A stretch of DNA of 28,775 nt from Minisyncoccota bacterium (GTDB lineage Bacteria > Patescibacteriota > Minisyncoccia > Phycocordibacterales > GCA-2747955). Positions within the stretch are counted from its first letter, which is position 1. Each line of letters begins with the position of its first letter. Below the pieces are notes generated by a model that searched no databases, was not told where the DNA came from, and saw only the letters and a program-made list of their open reading frames with translations. The DNA is taken from contig CALLVB010000079.1 in NCBI GenBank assembly GCA_938010795.1, positions 1-28,775 of the forward strand. The letters are read 5' to 3'. The position numbers and the translations under genes were made by a program. Below, one piece after another: positions 1-7,765 of this stretch.

Positions 1-84
1 TATTAAGCACTCGATATTATACATGAATCTCCTCATTATATAAAAATTTCACTCCGTATTAATTTTGTGTATAATATCGGACAT

Positions 85-157
85 CCTCTTGTAGCTCAGA
101 TGGTAGAGCAGCAGCCTCTTAAGCTGACGGTCCCAGGTTCGATCCCTGGCGGGAGGA
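85..157 (+). tRNA. tRNA-Lys (anticodon CTT); CCA end not encoded
   Basis: Cloverleaf: acceptor CCTCTTG (85-91)/CGGGAGG (150-156), D arm GCTC..GAGC, anticodon loop CT-CTT-AA (116-122), T arm CCAGG-TTCGATC-CCTGG, discriminator A157 followed by CAA. TATAAT at 70-75 upstream. Confidence 0.95.
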
Positions 158-167
158 CAAGACAAAG

Positions 168-189
168 AAAAACCGCTCACGCGGTTTTT
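168..189. terminator. Bidirectional intrinsic terminator between the tRNA and the convergent exonuclease gene
   Basis: AAAAACCGC-TCAC-GCGGTTTTT perfect inverted repeat with A/T tails on both sides. Confidence 0.8.
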
Positions 190-205
190 CTTTGTGTAAT
201 ATTAT

Positions 206-784
206 TTAGAATAATCCTCCTTGGGCCGGTGGGGTATCGAGTGTTTCCCAATCTGACGTATCTAGTTTCACAACAACTTCTTTTTTAGTATTCCTGTCTT
301 CATATTTCAACTCTCCATTTCGTAGAGCGTGATTATATACCGCTTCAGTGACTTTTACGTCTTGTATACAGTAATCAATAATTTTTTGAATCTCACCAGA
401 GTTCCACCAAGCAATAGCATCAAGACCATGACCTGATTTAGCAATTCCTAGTGTTGACTGAGCAATACCGTTGAGCGGTAACTTCTTTCCAGTCACCTGG
501 TTCATCTTTTCAAAAAGATCAACGTGTTTGATAGCAGAAAGGTCCAGGGGAGCGTGAGGTTGCAAGCACGGGAGGTCAAAGTGCTTCCCGTTATAGGTAA
601 CGATAAGATCTGCATTCTCAAAGTACGGCCACATGTCATTAAATTGATCCTCCAAAAATGATAAATACTGGTCTGACTCTGAGTCCCATAAACAAACCAC
701 AGACACATCTAGATCTGCCGGATTATTTGATTGCGCGTCTTCAAAGGTATTTTTTGTTTCAATATCAAAAATTACTTTTTTCAT
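206..784 (-). CDS. RNase H-like (DEDDy) 3'-5' exonuclease, YprB/RNase_H_2-like
   Basis: ExoI FDIET, ExoII YNGKHFD, ExoIII YCIQDV; 192 aa; C-terminus QGGLF. Confidence 0.8.
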   Translation of the reverse strand: MKKVIFDIETKNTFEDAQSNNPADLDVSVVCLWDSESDQYLSFLEDQFNDMWPYFENADLIVTYNGKHFDLPCLQPHAPLDLSAIKHVDLFEKMNQVTGKKLPLNGIAQSTLGIAKSGHGLDAIAWWNSGEIQKIIDYCIQDVKVTEAVYNHALRNGELKYEDRNTKKEVVVKLDTSDWETLDTPPAQGGLF

Positions 785-812
785 AGTAACGAGGATTATA
801 TCAAGGAAATAA

Positions 813-2099
813 TTAGTTCGAAACTAGAGAAATAATATCTTCAATAGATAGTGAATTTTTTTGTTCACCAGTAATCGTATTTTTAATAGAGTACGTATTC
901 GACGCAACCTCATCTTCACCTACAGCAATAAACCAAGGCACCATTTTTTTATCAGCTGATTGAATCAACTTGTCATATTTTCTACATGAGAAATCAAGCT
1001 CTGTATTGATCGACTCCTCTCGCAAGTTGTTTGCAAGTGTCTCGGCAGCAGCAAGTGATGATGTATCTAATGCGCCTATATATACTTTGGTGTGTGAAGT
1101 TAACTGAGGCATCAAACCATGTGTCTCTAAAAAGTCCTTGGCAGTCACATCTCCCATACCAAATCCAACCGCAGGAATTTTTTCCATATCAAAGATATCT
1201 AATAGATCATTATATCTACCACCACCAAAGAGTGATCGGTTATTGTCAGGGTGCGTATCAAAAAATTCGAATACGATGTCTGTGTAGTAATCAAACCCAC
1301 GCATCAGAGTTAGATCAAATCGAACATTAGTGTGACCAAGGGCTGACAGTTTAGTGATAATACTGAGAGTGTTATCTATGTCTTCTTTGTCTGCAAATTC
1401 CTGTGCGTTTTCCAAGTTTGTAGTCTCTAGTGTATTTATAAATTCTTCTGATCTTTCTGAAAGGATCTCAGAAATAGATGAATTGAACTCTTCTGTTGTG
1501 AGCTTTTTTTTCTTGTCAATTAACTTTGAGATTTTGTACAGATCCTCAGTACTATCGGTATATTGTTGGATTAAGGTAGTAATGATTTTTCTATTATTTA
1601 CAAGAATTTCAAAATCTTTTTCTTGTGCACCAAGAGATTTCATTAACTCAGCACCGATTTGAATAACTTCAATATCAGCTTGAATTGAATCTGACCCAAA
1701 GATGTCAACGTTGAGTTGATAATGTTCACGCAGTCTTCCTTTTTGTGGGCGTTCGTATCTAAATAAATTAGGGATAGAATACCACCGGATAGGTTTAGGT
1801 AATTCACGTGCTCGATTTGCAACCATACGTGCAACAGTAGGTGTCATCTCGGGACGCACAGTTACCCGTCGGTCTCCACGATCAATCAGATTGTATGTTT
1901 CATTATTAATCATTTCTGATCCAGATTTTGCTTCATAAAGCTCTGATGGTTCTAGGGGAGACGCGTTATAGTTTTGATACCCAAAACGTTCACACACTTC
2001 TGACATTTTCCAGAACATCCACTTTTGAAACATCCAGTCTTCTGGATAAAAGTCACGTACACCTTTGTAAGGTTTTGTTGATAGTTTTTTGTTACTCAT
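813..2099 (-). CDS. hisS: Histidine--tRNA ligase
   Basis: KGVRDFYP, VRPEMTPTVAR, FRYERPQKGRLREHYQ, RGFDYYT, GGGRY, AVGFGMG motifs; C-terminal anticodon-binding domain. Confidence 0.97.
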   Translation of the reverse strand: MSNKKLSTKPYKGVRDFYPEDWMFQKWMFWKMSEVCERFGYQNYNASPLEPSELYEAKSGSEMINNETYNLIDRGDRRVTVRPEMTPTVARMVANRARELPKPIRWYSIPNLFRYERPQKGRLREHYQLNVDIFGSDSIQADIEVIQIGAELMKSLGAQEKDFEILVNNRKIITTLIQQYTDSTEDLYKISKLIDKKKKLTTEEFNSSISEILSERSEEFINTLETTNLENAQEFADKEDIDNTLSIITKLSALGHTNVRFDLTLMRGFDYYTDIVFEFFDTHPDNNRSLFGGGRYNDLLDIFDMEKIPAVGFGMGDVTAKDFLETHGLMPQLTSHTKVYIGALDTSSLAAAETLANNLREESINTELDFSCRKYDKLIQSADKKMVPWFIAVGEDEVASNTYSIKNTITGEQKNSLSIEDIISLVSN

Positions 2100-2144
2100 G
2101 ATTTTGGAATTATATCACGCACGAACGAGTGGTATAATCTAGAT

Positions 2145-2501
2145 ATGAATCAAGAGACACACAACAAAGAATTTGAGGAAGCTGAAATAATCAAGAACAA
2201 AAAAAGTAAGAGACGAAAAGCGTTCGATTTTGCGCAAGGTTTTGCGGTAGATCAGGCATTTGAACGAGTAGATGGAGTGAGAAAACAATTTTTACTAGTA
2301 ATTATCATTTGGACAGTAGGAATTACACTCGGAGTGGTTGCACTTGTGTCACTTATTGGATGGGCTCTCATCACGTTATTACCAGGTTGGCTCGCAGGAC
2401 TTATTATTGGTATTTTGATAGCGCCAGTTTTGTGGGCACTTTACTTTGTATCAACTTCTATTAGTGCTATCTCAAAAAAAACAACTATTAAGCGAAAATA
2501 A
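2145..2501 (+). CDS. Hypothetical membrane protein (2 predicted TM helices)
   Basis: 118 aa ORF with charged N-terminus and two long hydrophobic stretches; TGGTATAAT 6 nt upstream of ATG; stop overlaps the next start. Confidence 0.7.
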   Translation: MNQETHNKEFEEAEIIKNKKSKRRKAFDFAQGFAVDQAFERVDGVRKQFLLVIIIWTVGITLGVVALVSLIGWALITLLPGWLAGLIIGILIAPVLWALYFVSTSISAISKKTTIKRK

Positions 2502-2809
2502 TGGCAACAGTTTTACAACAGCAGGTATGGGACAAGCTCAAAGAGATTCCACAAGGGAGAGTAACAACGTATGCCTTACTTGCAGAGGCAGTTGATAAAC
2601 CAAAGGCGGTACGGGCTGTAGCATCAGCAGTAGGAAAGAATCCAGATCTCATAGTGGTACCATGCCATCGAGTAGTGAGATCGGATGGATTGGTGGGGGA
2701 GTATGCAGGTGGACAGAAAAAAAAGATACAACTCTTAACTCAAGAAGGGGTCAATATCAAGAACAAAAAGATCCCAACAGTAGATTTTTATATATTTGAC
2801 AGTAATTAG
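2501..2809 (+). CDS. ogt: Methylated-DNA--protein-cysteine methyltransferase (MGMT family, C-terminal domain only)
   Basis: IPQGRVTTY, RAVASA (Arg finger), active-site PCHRV with Cys retained, GEYAGG, K..LLTQEG; 102 aa. Confidence 0.9.
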   Translation: MATVLQQQVWDKLKEIPQGRVTTYALLAEAVDKPKAVRAVASAVGKNPDLIVVPCHRVVRSDGLVGEYAGGQKKKIQLLTQEGVNIKNKKIPTVDFYIFDSN

Positions 2810-2824
2810 TTTTATCAGTAGAAT
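2796..2824 (+). promoter_or_regulatory. Sigma70-type promoter of the 2862 orphan gene
   Basis: TTGACA (2796-2801), 17 nt, TAGAAT (2819-2824); SD GAGGAG at 2849-2854. Confidence 0.7.
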
Positions 2825-2861
2825 ACATTTTAAAGTACGTAAATCAGAGAGGAGCTGACAT

Positions 2862-3458
2862 ATGATTACACTACTTAAAATATTACTGTTCTTTATAGGG
2901 AGTTTCACGATGTTTGGTCTTTTTGTTGATCTCGACATTGGAGCAATCTGGTTTGAAATCGACGTATTTGTTGTTGACGGGTTTATCCTGGTGATGGCAC
3001 ACGTGTCTAATTTTCTCGATGTATATGCACAAGATCTTACAACCATTTTTGTATTGGCAAGTGGGTATCTTTCTTTATTTTTCTTAACACATGTCTTGAT
3101 TGGTCTACCAATGTATGAGCGTAGGGCTCAAGAGAGAGATAGACAGGAAAAAAAAGCACGCAAGGTCGCCATGATCGTGGAGGACCTGGGCAAAAAAAGA
3201 ACAACATTAGAAGCTCTGTCTGTGAGATTCGATACTCAATTGCTGGTTTTAAGGAGGAGAGAAGCTGACGAAGAACATCTTCGTAACGCAAGTGAGGTCT
3301 TGAAATCTTTTGACCAGCTCTATTCGCACGATCCTCTTGAACAAAAAGCATTTGAACTCGGTTTGTCTTCATCAGACGATCTGAGCGATCTTCAGATCGA
3401 AGACATCTTTGCTCAAGAGATGCAAAAAACAACTCCTTGTCTAGAAGCAACGGGTTAA
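2862..3458 (+). CDS. Hypothetical protein, N-terminal membrane segments plus charged coiled-coil C-terminus
   Basis: 198 aa ORF with its own promoter and SD; hydrophobic residues ~1-82, then E/R/K-rich helix. Confidence 0.7.
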   Translation: MITLLKILLFFIGSFTMFGLFVDLDIGAIWFEIDVFVVDGFILVMAHVSNFLDVYAQDLTTIFVLASGYLSLFFLTHVLIGLPMYERRAQERDRQEKKARKVAMIVEDLGKKRTTLEALSVRFDTQLLVLRRREADEEHLRNASEVLKSFDQLYSHDPLEQKAFELGLSSSDDLSDLQIEDIFAQEMQKTTPCLEATG

Positions 3459-3515
3459 CCACTATTCGCTTTTGGCGAACAGGCAAAAAGAGGCGTTCCT
3501 TTGGGAGGGCCTTTT

Positions 3516-4142
3516 TTATTCAATAAACTTCTTGATCTTTGGAGCGATCCGATCAGCTATCTTGCTATAACCAATATCGTTTGGGTGAATAGCATCTGAC
3601 ATATATGCATCACGACCAATCAAGCCCTTTAAAATATTTGAGACATATGTTGCGTTATGAGTTGTTGCAAGCTCTTTGTATAGATCGCCATATCCAGGAG
3701 TTCCAAGAATCATTACCATCGCACCATCGTTTTGAATTTTTGAAATGATTTTATCCATATTCCTTCGCACATCTTCTTTTGGTACTCGCTGTATAAAGTC
3801 ATTCCCACCTAACACAATGAGCACTATTTGAGCCTCGCGTTCTAAGACTTCATCGATACGTGCCAAGCCTGCCCTTGTGGTATTTCCTGAAACACCAAGT
3901 GTGGTGATATTTCGATTAAGTATGAATTCTAGATTATCAACAAACCCTTCACCGTCTGTGCTACCAACTCCGGCAGCAAGACTATCACCGAAGACAATAA
4001 TCTCAGTTCGGTCATTAGGATAATTAAGAATATGAGGAGTTCTATTTTGTATGTAATACACTAAAAAGAGAAATCCTAAGACAATGAGGGTAAATACAAT
4101 CATCACTAGGTCTTTCTGGTTCATCTTAGTGTTTATATTCAT
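3516..4142 (-). CDS. SGNH/GDSL hydrolase (TesA/arylesterase-like) with N-terminal membrane anchor
   Basis: Block I FGDSL, block II GVSGNTT, block III LGGND, block V DAIHPN; hydrophobic residues ~13-31. Confidence 0.9.
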   Translation of the reverse strand: MNINTKMNQKDLVMIVFTLIVLGFLFLVYYIQNRTPHILNYPNDRTEIIVFGDSLAAGVGSTDGEGFVDNLEFILNRNITTLGVSGNTTRAGLARIDEVLEREAQIVLIVLGGNDFIQRVPKEDVRRNMDKIISKIQNDGAMVMILGTPGYGDLYKELATTHNATYVSNILKGLIGRDAYMSDAIHPNDIGYSKIADRIAPKIKKFIE

Positions 4143-4179
4143 GAAATCGATTGTAACATTTTAGGTTATAATACGAATC

Positions 4180-5427
4180 ATGTTGAATATGTTTACAAAA
4201 AAGAAACCTAACAGTGGAACAACTGTTATTACAGAACCTGAGAAGATCCAAAATTTTATGAATCGTGGTATTGAGAAAATTTACCCGAATGATGAATTTT
4301 TAGAAAAGAGACTTGCCTCAGGAGAAAAACTTTCGATGTATCTAGGGATTGATCCTACCGGACCAACACTTCACTTAGGTCATTCGATTGCTCTGAAAAA
4401 GATGGCAGAATTTCAAAAACTTGGACATAAAGCTATTTTATTAATTGGTGACTTTACTGCACAAATTGGTGATCCAGATAAGACTAGTGTTCGTAAACAA
4501 CTCACACATGCTGAGGTTCTTGAAAATGCAAAGCTGTATAAAGAACAAGCATCGCTATTTTTAGATTTCGGAGGGTCTAACCCAGCAGAACTTCGATACA
4601 ACTCTGAGTGGAGTAATCCTATGAAATTTGCAGACGTACTGAATCTTGCGTCAAAGATGACAGTGCAACAAATGCTGGAGAGAGATATGTTTAGAAAGCG
4701 GCTATCTGAGAACAAACCTATTTACTTACATGAATTCATGTATCCACTCATGCAAGGGTATGATGCGGTAGCTATGGATGTGGATGGGGAGATTGGAGGA
4801 AATGATCAAACATTTAACATGCTTGTGGGTCGGACACTCATGAAGGATATGTCAAATAAAGAGAAATTCGTCTTGCCAGTAAAGCTACTCACAGATACTT
4901 CTGGAGCAAAAATGGGGAAGACTACTAATAATATGTTGTCATTTCTTGATTCAGCACAAGATAAGTTTGGGAAAATTATGTCATGGCCAGACGGCATGAT
5001 TATGTCAGGGTTTGAACTGCTCACAGACGTGAACTTGAGAGATGTTGAGCAGAGGCTCGCATCAGGAGAGAATCCACGTGATATCAAGATGGATCTTGCA
5101 ATGAATGTAACAGAGTTCTACCACAGTAAAGATGAAGCAGACAAAGCTAAACAGGCATTTATTACACAGTTCTCTAAACAAGAGATTCCAGAAGACATAC
5201 CAGAGGTGGTAATTAACGAAGAGCTCGGGATTATTGAGGTGCTTAAACAAACAGGTCTTGCAAAATCAAACAACGAAGCAAAACGAAAGATTCAAGAGGG
5301 AGCAGTAGTGCTTGACGGGAACAAGATCAAAAGTATTACGTTCAAAATGTCTGGGGGTAAGCCACAAAAAGGAGATACGGTAATTCTTAAACTAGGTCGC
5401 AAGATCATTAAACTTAAGTTTAAATAA
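4180..5427 (+). CDS. tyrS: Tyrosine--tRNA ligase
   Basis: YLGIDPTGPTLHLGH (HIGH), YPLMQGYD, GGNDQTFN, KMGKT (KMSKS), C-terminal S4-like domain. Confidence 0.97.
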   Translation: MLNMFTKKKPNSGTTVITEPEKIQNFMNRGIEKIYPNDEFLEKRLASGEKLSMYLGIDPTGPTLHLGHSIALKKMAEFQKLGHKAILLIGDFTAQIGDPDKTSVRKQLTHAEVLENAKLYKEQASLFLDFGGSNPAELRYNSEWSNPMKFADVLNLASKMTVQQMLERDMFRKRLSENKPIYLHEFMYPLMQGYDAVAMDVDGEIGGNDQTFNMLVGRTLMKDMSNKEKFVLPVKLLTDTSGAKMGKTTNNMLSFLDSAQDKFGKIMSWPDGMIMSGFELLTDVNLRDVEQRLASGENPRDIKMDLAMNVTEFYHSKDEADKAKQAFITQFSKQEIPEDIPEVVINEELGIIEVLKQTGLAKSNNEAKRKIQEGAVVLDGNKIKSITFKMSGGKPQKGDTVILKLGRKIIKLKFK

Positions 5428-5429
5428 GT

Positions 5430-6242
5430 ATGAAGTACCTGTTGTTACCCATTATATTTTTATTTTCAGCTAGTTTTGCAGCAGCGTGTTCGTTTACCCC
5501 AGATGCAGATAGAATGCAATCAGCAGAAGATAACGTCTCAAAATACCAGTATGTATTTGTAGGGAAGGTGCTTGAAAAAAGAGAACTAGAAGATTTTTCT
5601 GGCACAGAATATATTTTTGAAGTAGATAATTTTCATAAAGGTACTATTTACGAGTTTATCGATAGGTTTGACCATCGTCGACATACAGTCACTTCTCCTG
5701 GTCACTCATGTGGGTCATTTTTTGAGGTAGGGACAGTGGGTGTGTTTTTTACAAATGATCCATTTATGATTGATGAATCAAACCCGCAATACTTTTTTAA
5801 TTCAGTTGAAGAAGCAAAGGAGAAAGCCGATTCTCTTTTTAGTACCACTGTTGAACCAGTTGTAAAACCGGTAGGATGCACCAAAGAATATAAACCTGTT
5901 TGTGGAGAGATTGAAGTACAATGCGTCCAAGCTCCGTGCCCACCAATTCGGCAGACCTACTCAAATACTTGTGTTATGGATGCTGACGGTGCAACACTAG
6001 TACATCTAGGAGGGTGTGAAGTAGAGCCTAAACCTACCATTAAAGAGCAGGTAGAAGAGATTCAAGAGACAACCAATTCATTTACGAGTCCAACCGAAGG
6101 ACCACTTGTTGGTTTTGTGGAACCAACAAGTCCGCCACCAACCAAAGAGGAGCCATCAAAGGCAGAAAATCGTTCAAAAATCCTTAGTTTTTTCGACTGG
6201 TGGACTGCACAAGTACGTGGATTATTCTCTTGGCTTTTTTAA
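5430..6242 (+). CDS. Secreted protein with TIMP/NTR-like N-terminal domain and Kazal-type protease inhibitor domain
   Basis: Signal peptide ending AAA then Cys20; VFVGKV, F.V..F.KG, SCG..F..G; Kazal CTKEYKPVCG...TYSNTC...GGC at 5877-6017; P/T/E-rich tail. Confidence 0.75.
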   Translation: MKYLLLPIIFLFSASFAAACSFTPDADRMQSAEDNVSKYQYVFVGKVLEKRELEDFSGTEYIFEVDNFHKGTIYEFIDRFDHRRHTVTSPGHSCGSFFEVGTVGVFFTNDPFMIDESNPQYFFNSVEEAKEKADSLFSTTVEPVVKPVGCTKEYKPVCGEIEVQCVQAPCPPIRQTYSNTCVMDADGATLVHLGGCEVEPKPTIKEQVEEIQETTNSFTSPTEGPLVGFVEPTSPPPTKEEPSKAENRSKILSFFDWWTAQVRGLFSWLF

Positions 6243-6265
6243 AAAAGACTATATAATTACGACAT

Positions 6266-6601
6266 ATGAAAAAAGTAATTTTCCTATCACTATTTTTTAT
6301 TGCTACACCAGTCTTTGGGCAGGTTATTTCACTAGATGAAAATCTGGTAAATAAAGAACCAACAGTTAAGGTTGAGGCGGCTCCAGTTGCAACAACTACC
6401 CTGACAGATCCGGTATCAACTACTACAGAGATTACCGAGACTATTGAAATTGTTCCAGGAGGGCTTAGCCTTAAACTTTCAACAACAGTTCCAGTAAATG
6501 CACATCCAGCAACGACTACTCAAGAATTAGTTGACGACGGTCTATTCGATCTTATCTACACAGGATTCGAAGAATTTGTATTTAAAGTATTTGGTATCTA
6601 G
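6266..6601 (+). CDS. Hypothetical exported Thr/Val-rich protein
   Basis: MKK-type signal peptide, Thr-rich low-complexity core, TATAAT 8 nt upstream, terminator downstream. Confidence 0.7.
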   Translation: MKKVIFLSLFFIATPVFGQVISLDENLVNKEPTVKVEAAPVATTTLTDPVSTTTEITETIEIVPGGLSLKLSTTVPVNAHPATTTQELVDDGLFDLIYTGFEEFVFKVFGI

Positions 6602-6623
6602 TTAATGTATATAAACAAAAGTT

Positions 6624-6645
6624 ACGACCAGAAGGTCGTTTTTTT
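6624..6645 (+). terminator. Intrinsic terminator
   Basis: ACGACC-AGAA-GGTCGT followed by T6. Confidence 0.7.
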
Positions 6646-6659
6646 GTTATACTTTTTTT

Positions 6660-7337
6660 ATGAGAATATACCCATCTGTTTTAGAGCAAACGCGTACTGC
6701 CATTGAAGACAAGATTTCCAGAGTACCTACGCAAATTAAAGAAGTGCAGATAGACATTTGTGATGGAGTGTTTGTTCCATCAAAAACGTACGGTTCATCT
6801 GGTACATTACGCTCACTTAAGTCTATAAATAGAATGACCAAAGGTAGAGAGCTGGAGTTAGACCTTATGGTGGATCTACAGAAAGCTGGGCGACGAAAAC
6901 GATTTCTCTCACACATCAAAGCCATTCATCCAGAGAGAATTATTATTCACTTTGGAACAACTGATAATTGGGGGTCTGTATTCACCCGGCTTACTCGCAG
7001 AGGGAAGATTGAGATGGAGGTAGGTCTGGGAATTCACCTATCACATACAAATCAAGATCTGTATGATTTGTTAGATAACTATCCATTTTCATTCATTCAA
7101 ATAATGGGGATCGAAAACGTTGGGTACTCAGGACAGGAATTTTCAAAAAAGACATACACCAAGATAAAAACATTTAGAAAACGATATCCAAACATACCAA
7201 TCTCTATTGACGGAGGAGTTAAAGTTGCAAATGCCGAAAAACTTAAGAACGCAGGCGCTACTAGAATCTGTCCTAATTCTGGTTTATTTAAGACTGTAGA
7301 TATTAAAAAAACCTACAAAGAATTTACAGAAATTTAA
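6660..7337 (+). CDS. rpe: Ribulose-phosphate 3-epimerase family protein (divergent metal ligands)
   Basis: QIDICDGVFVP, LDLMV, GYSGQEF, ISIDGGV; 225 aa; transketolase genes nearby. Confidence 0.85.
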   Translation: MRIYPSVLEQTRTAIEDKISRVPTQIKEVQIDICDGVFVPSKTYGSSGTLRSLKSINRMTKGRELELDLMVDLQKAGRRKRFLSHIKAIHPERIIIHFGTTDNWGSVFTRLTRRGKIEMEVGLGIHLSHTNQDLYDLLDNYPFSFIQIMGIENVGYSGQEFSKKTYTKIKTFRKRYPNIPISIDGGVKVANAEKLKNAGATRICPNSGLFKTVDIKKTYKEFTEI

Positions 7338-7395
7338 TATACAAATTTATAGACATACTCGTAGGAACGTCATGACACATAAGTCAGGTCTTGGT

Positions 7396-7429
7396 AATAA
7401 AAAACTGGCACATTCGAGATGCGCCAGTT
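7396..7429 (-). terminator. Intrinsic terminator of the 7449-7601 small ORF
   Basis: AACTGGC-A-CAT-tcgag-ATG-C-GCCAGTT hairpin; T-run follows on the minus strand. Confidence 0.65.
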
Positions 7430-7448
7430 GGTTGAGAACTATATGAGA

Positions 7449-7601
7449 CTATTCCTCATCTTTTTTTGTTGGGATTACTGGTGCTCGTTTTGCTCTTTGT
7501 ATTTCAGGTTGAATTTTAATCCATTCATGTATCAGGTGATGAATACCACTCAATACAATCAAACCTCCAATTACACAGATTATTATAGTGCCTTGTTCCA
7601 C
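7449..7601 (-). CDS. Unannotated 50-aa single-pass membrane microprotein
   Basis: SD AAGGAGG (7611-7617), 9 nt, GTG; MEQGTIIICVIGGLIVLSGIHHLIHEWIKIQPEIQRAKRAPVIPTKKDEE; own terminator; not in the ORF track. Confidence 0.7.
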   Translation of the reverse strand: MEQGTIIICVIGGLIVLSGIHHLIHEWIKIQPEIQRAKRAPVIPTKKDEE

Positions 7602-7686
7602 GATTAGCTTCCTCCTTAGTGATTGTAATCAGAGATAACTATCGCACACATATATAACTTTGACAAGCAATCTATTAAAAAAACGA

Positions 7687-7715
7687 TTGACAATTACTCT
7701 CATAGAATGTATTGT
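7687..7715 (+). promoter_or_regulatory. Sigma70-type promoter of the parB-like/ctrA-like operon
   Basis: TTGACA (7687-7692), 17 nt, TATTGT (7710-7715); SD AAGGAG at 7752-7757. Confidence 0.55.
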
Positions 7716-7765
7716 TATCTTTGCTGTACATTAACAAATCAAATTTTAAACAAGGAGTGAATATC

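Noticed and set aside
85-160. tRNA as an integration (att) site for an island
   Set aside because: No integrase and no duplicated tRNA 3' end were seen; the adjacent genes are housekeeping.
67-288. 73-aa ORF on the plus strand
   Set aside because: It runs through the tRNA and terminator and is antisense to the exonuclease; no coding features.
7419-7607. 62-aa plus-strand ORF from the track
   Set aside because: It starts inside a terminator hairpin and has no SD; the opposite-strand ORF 7449-7601 has SD, TM helix and terminator.
7660-7750. CtrA boxes upstream of the parB-ctrA operon
   Set aside because: TTAA pairs have the wrong spacing (TTAA-N8-TTGA at 7675; TTAA-N11-TTAA at 7731).
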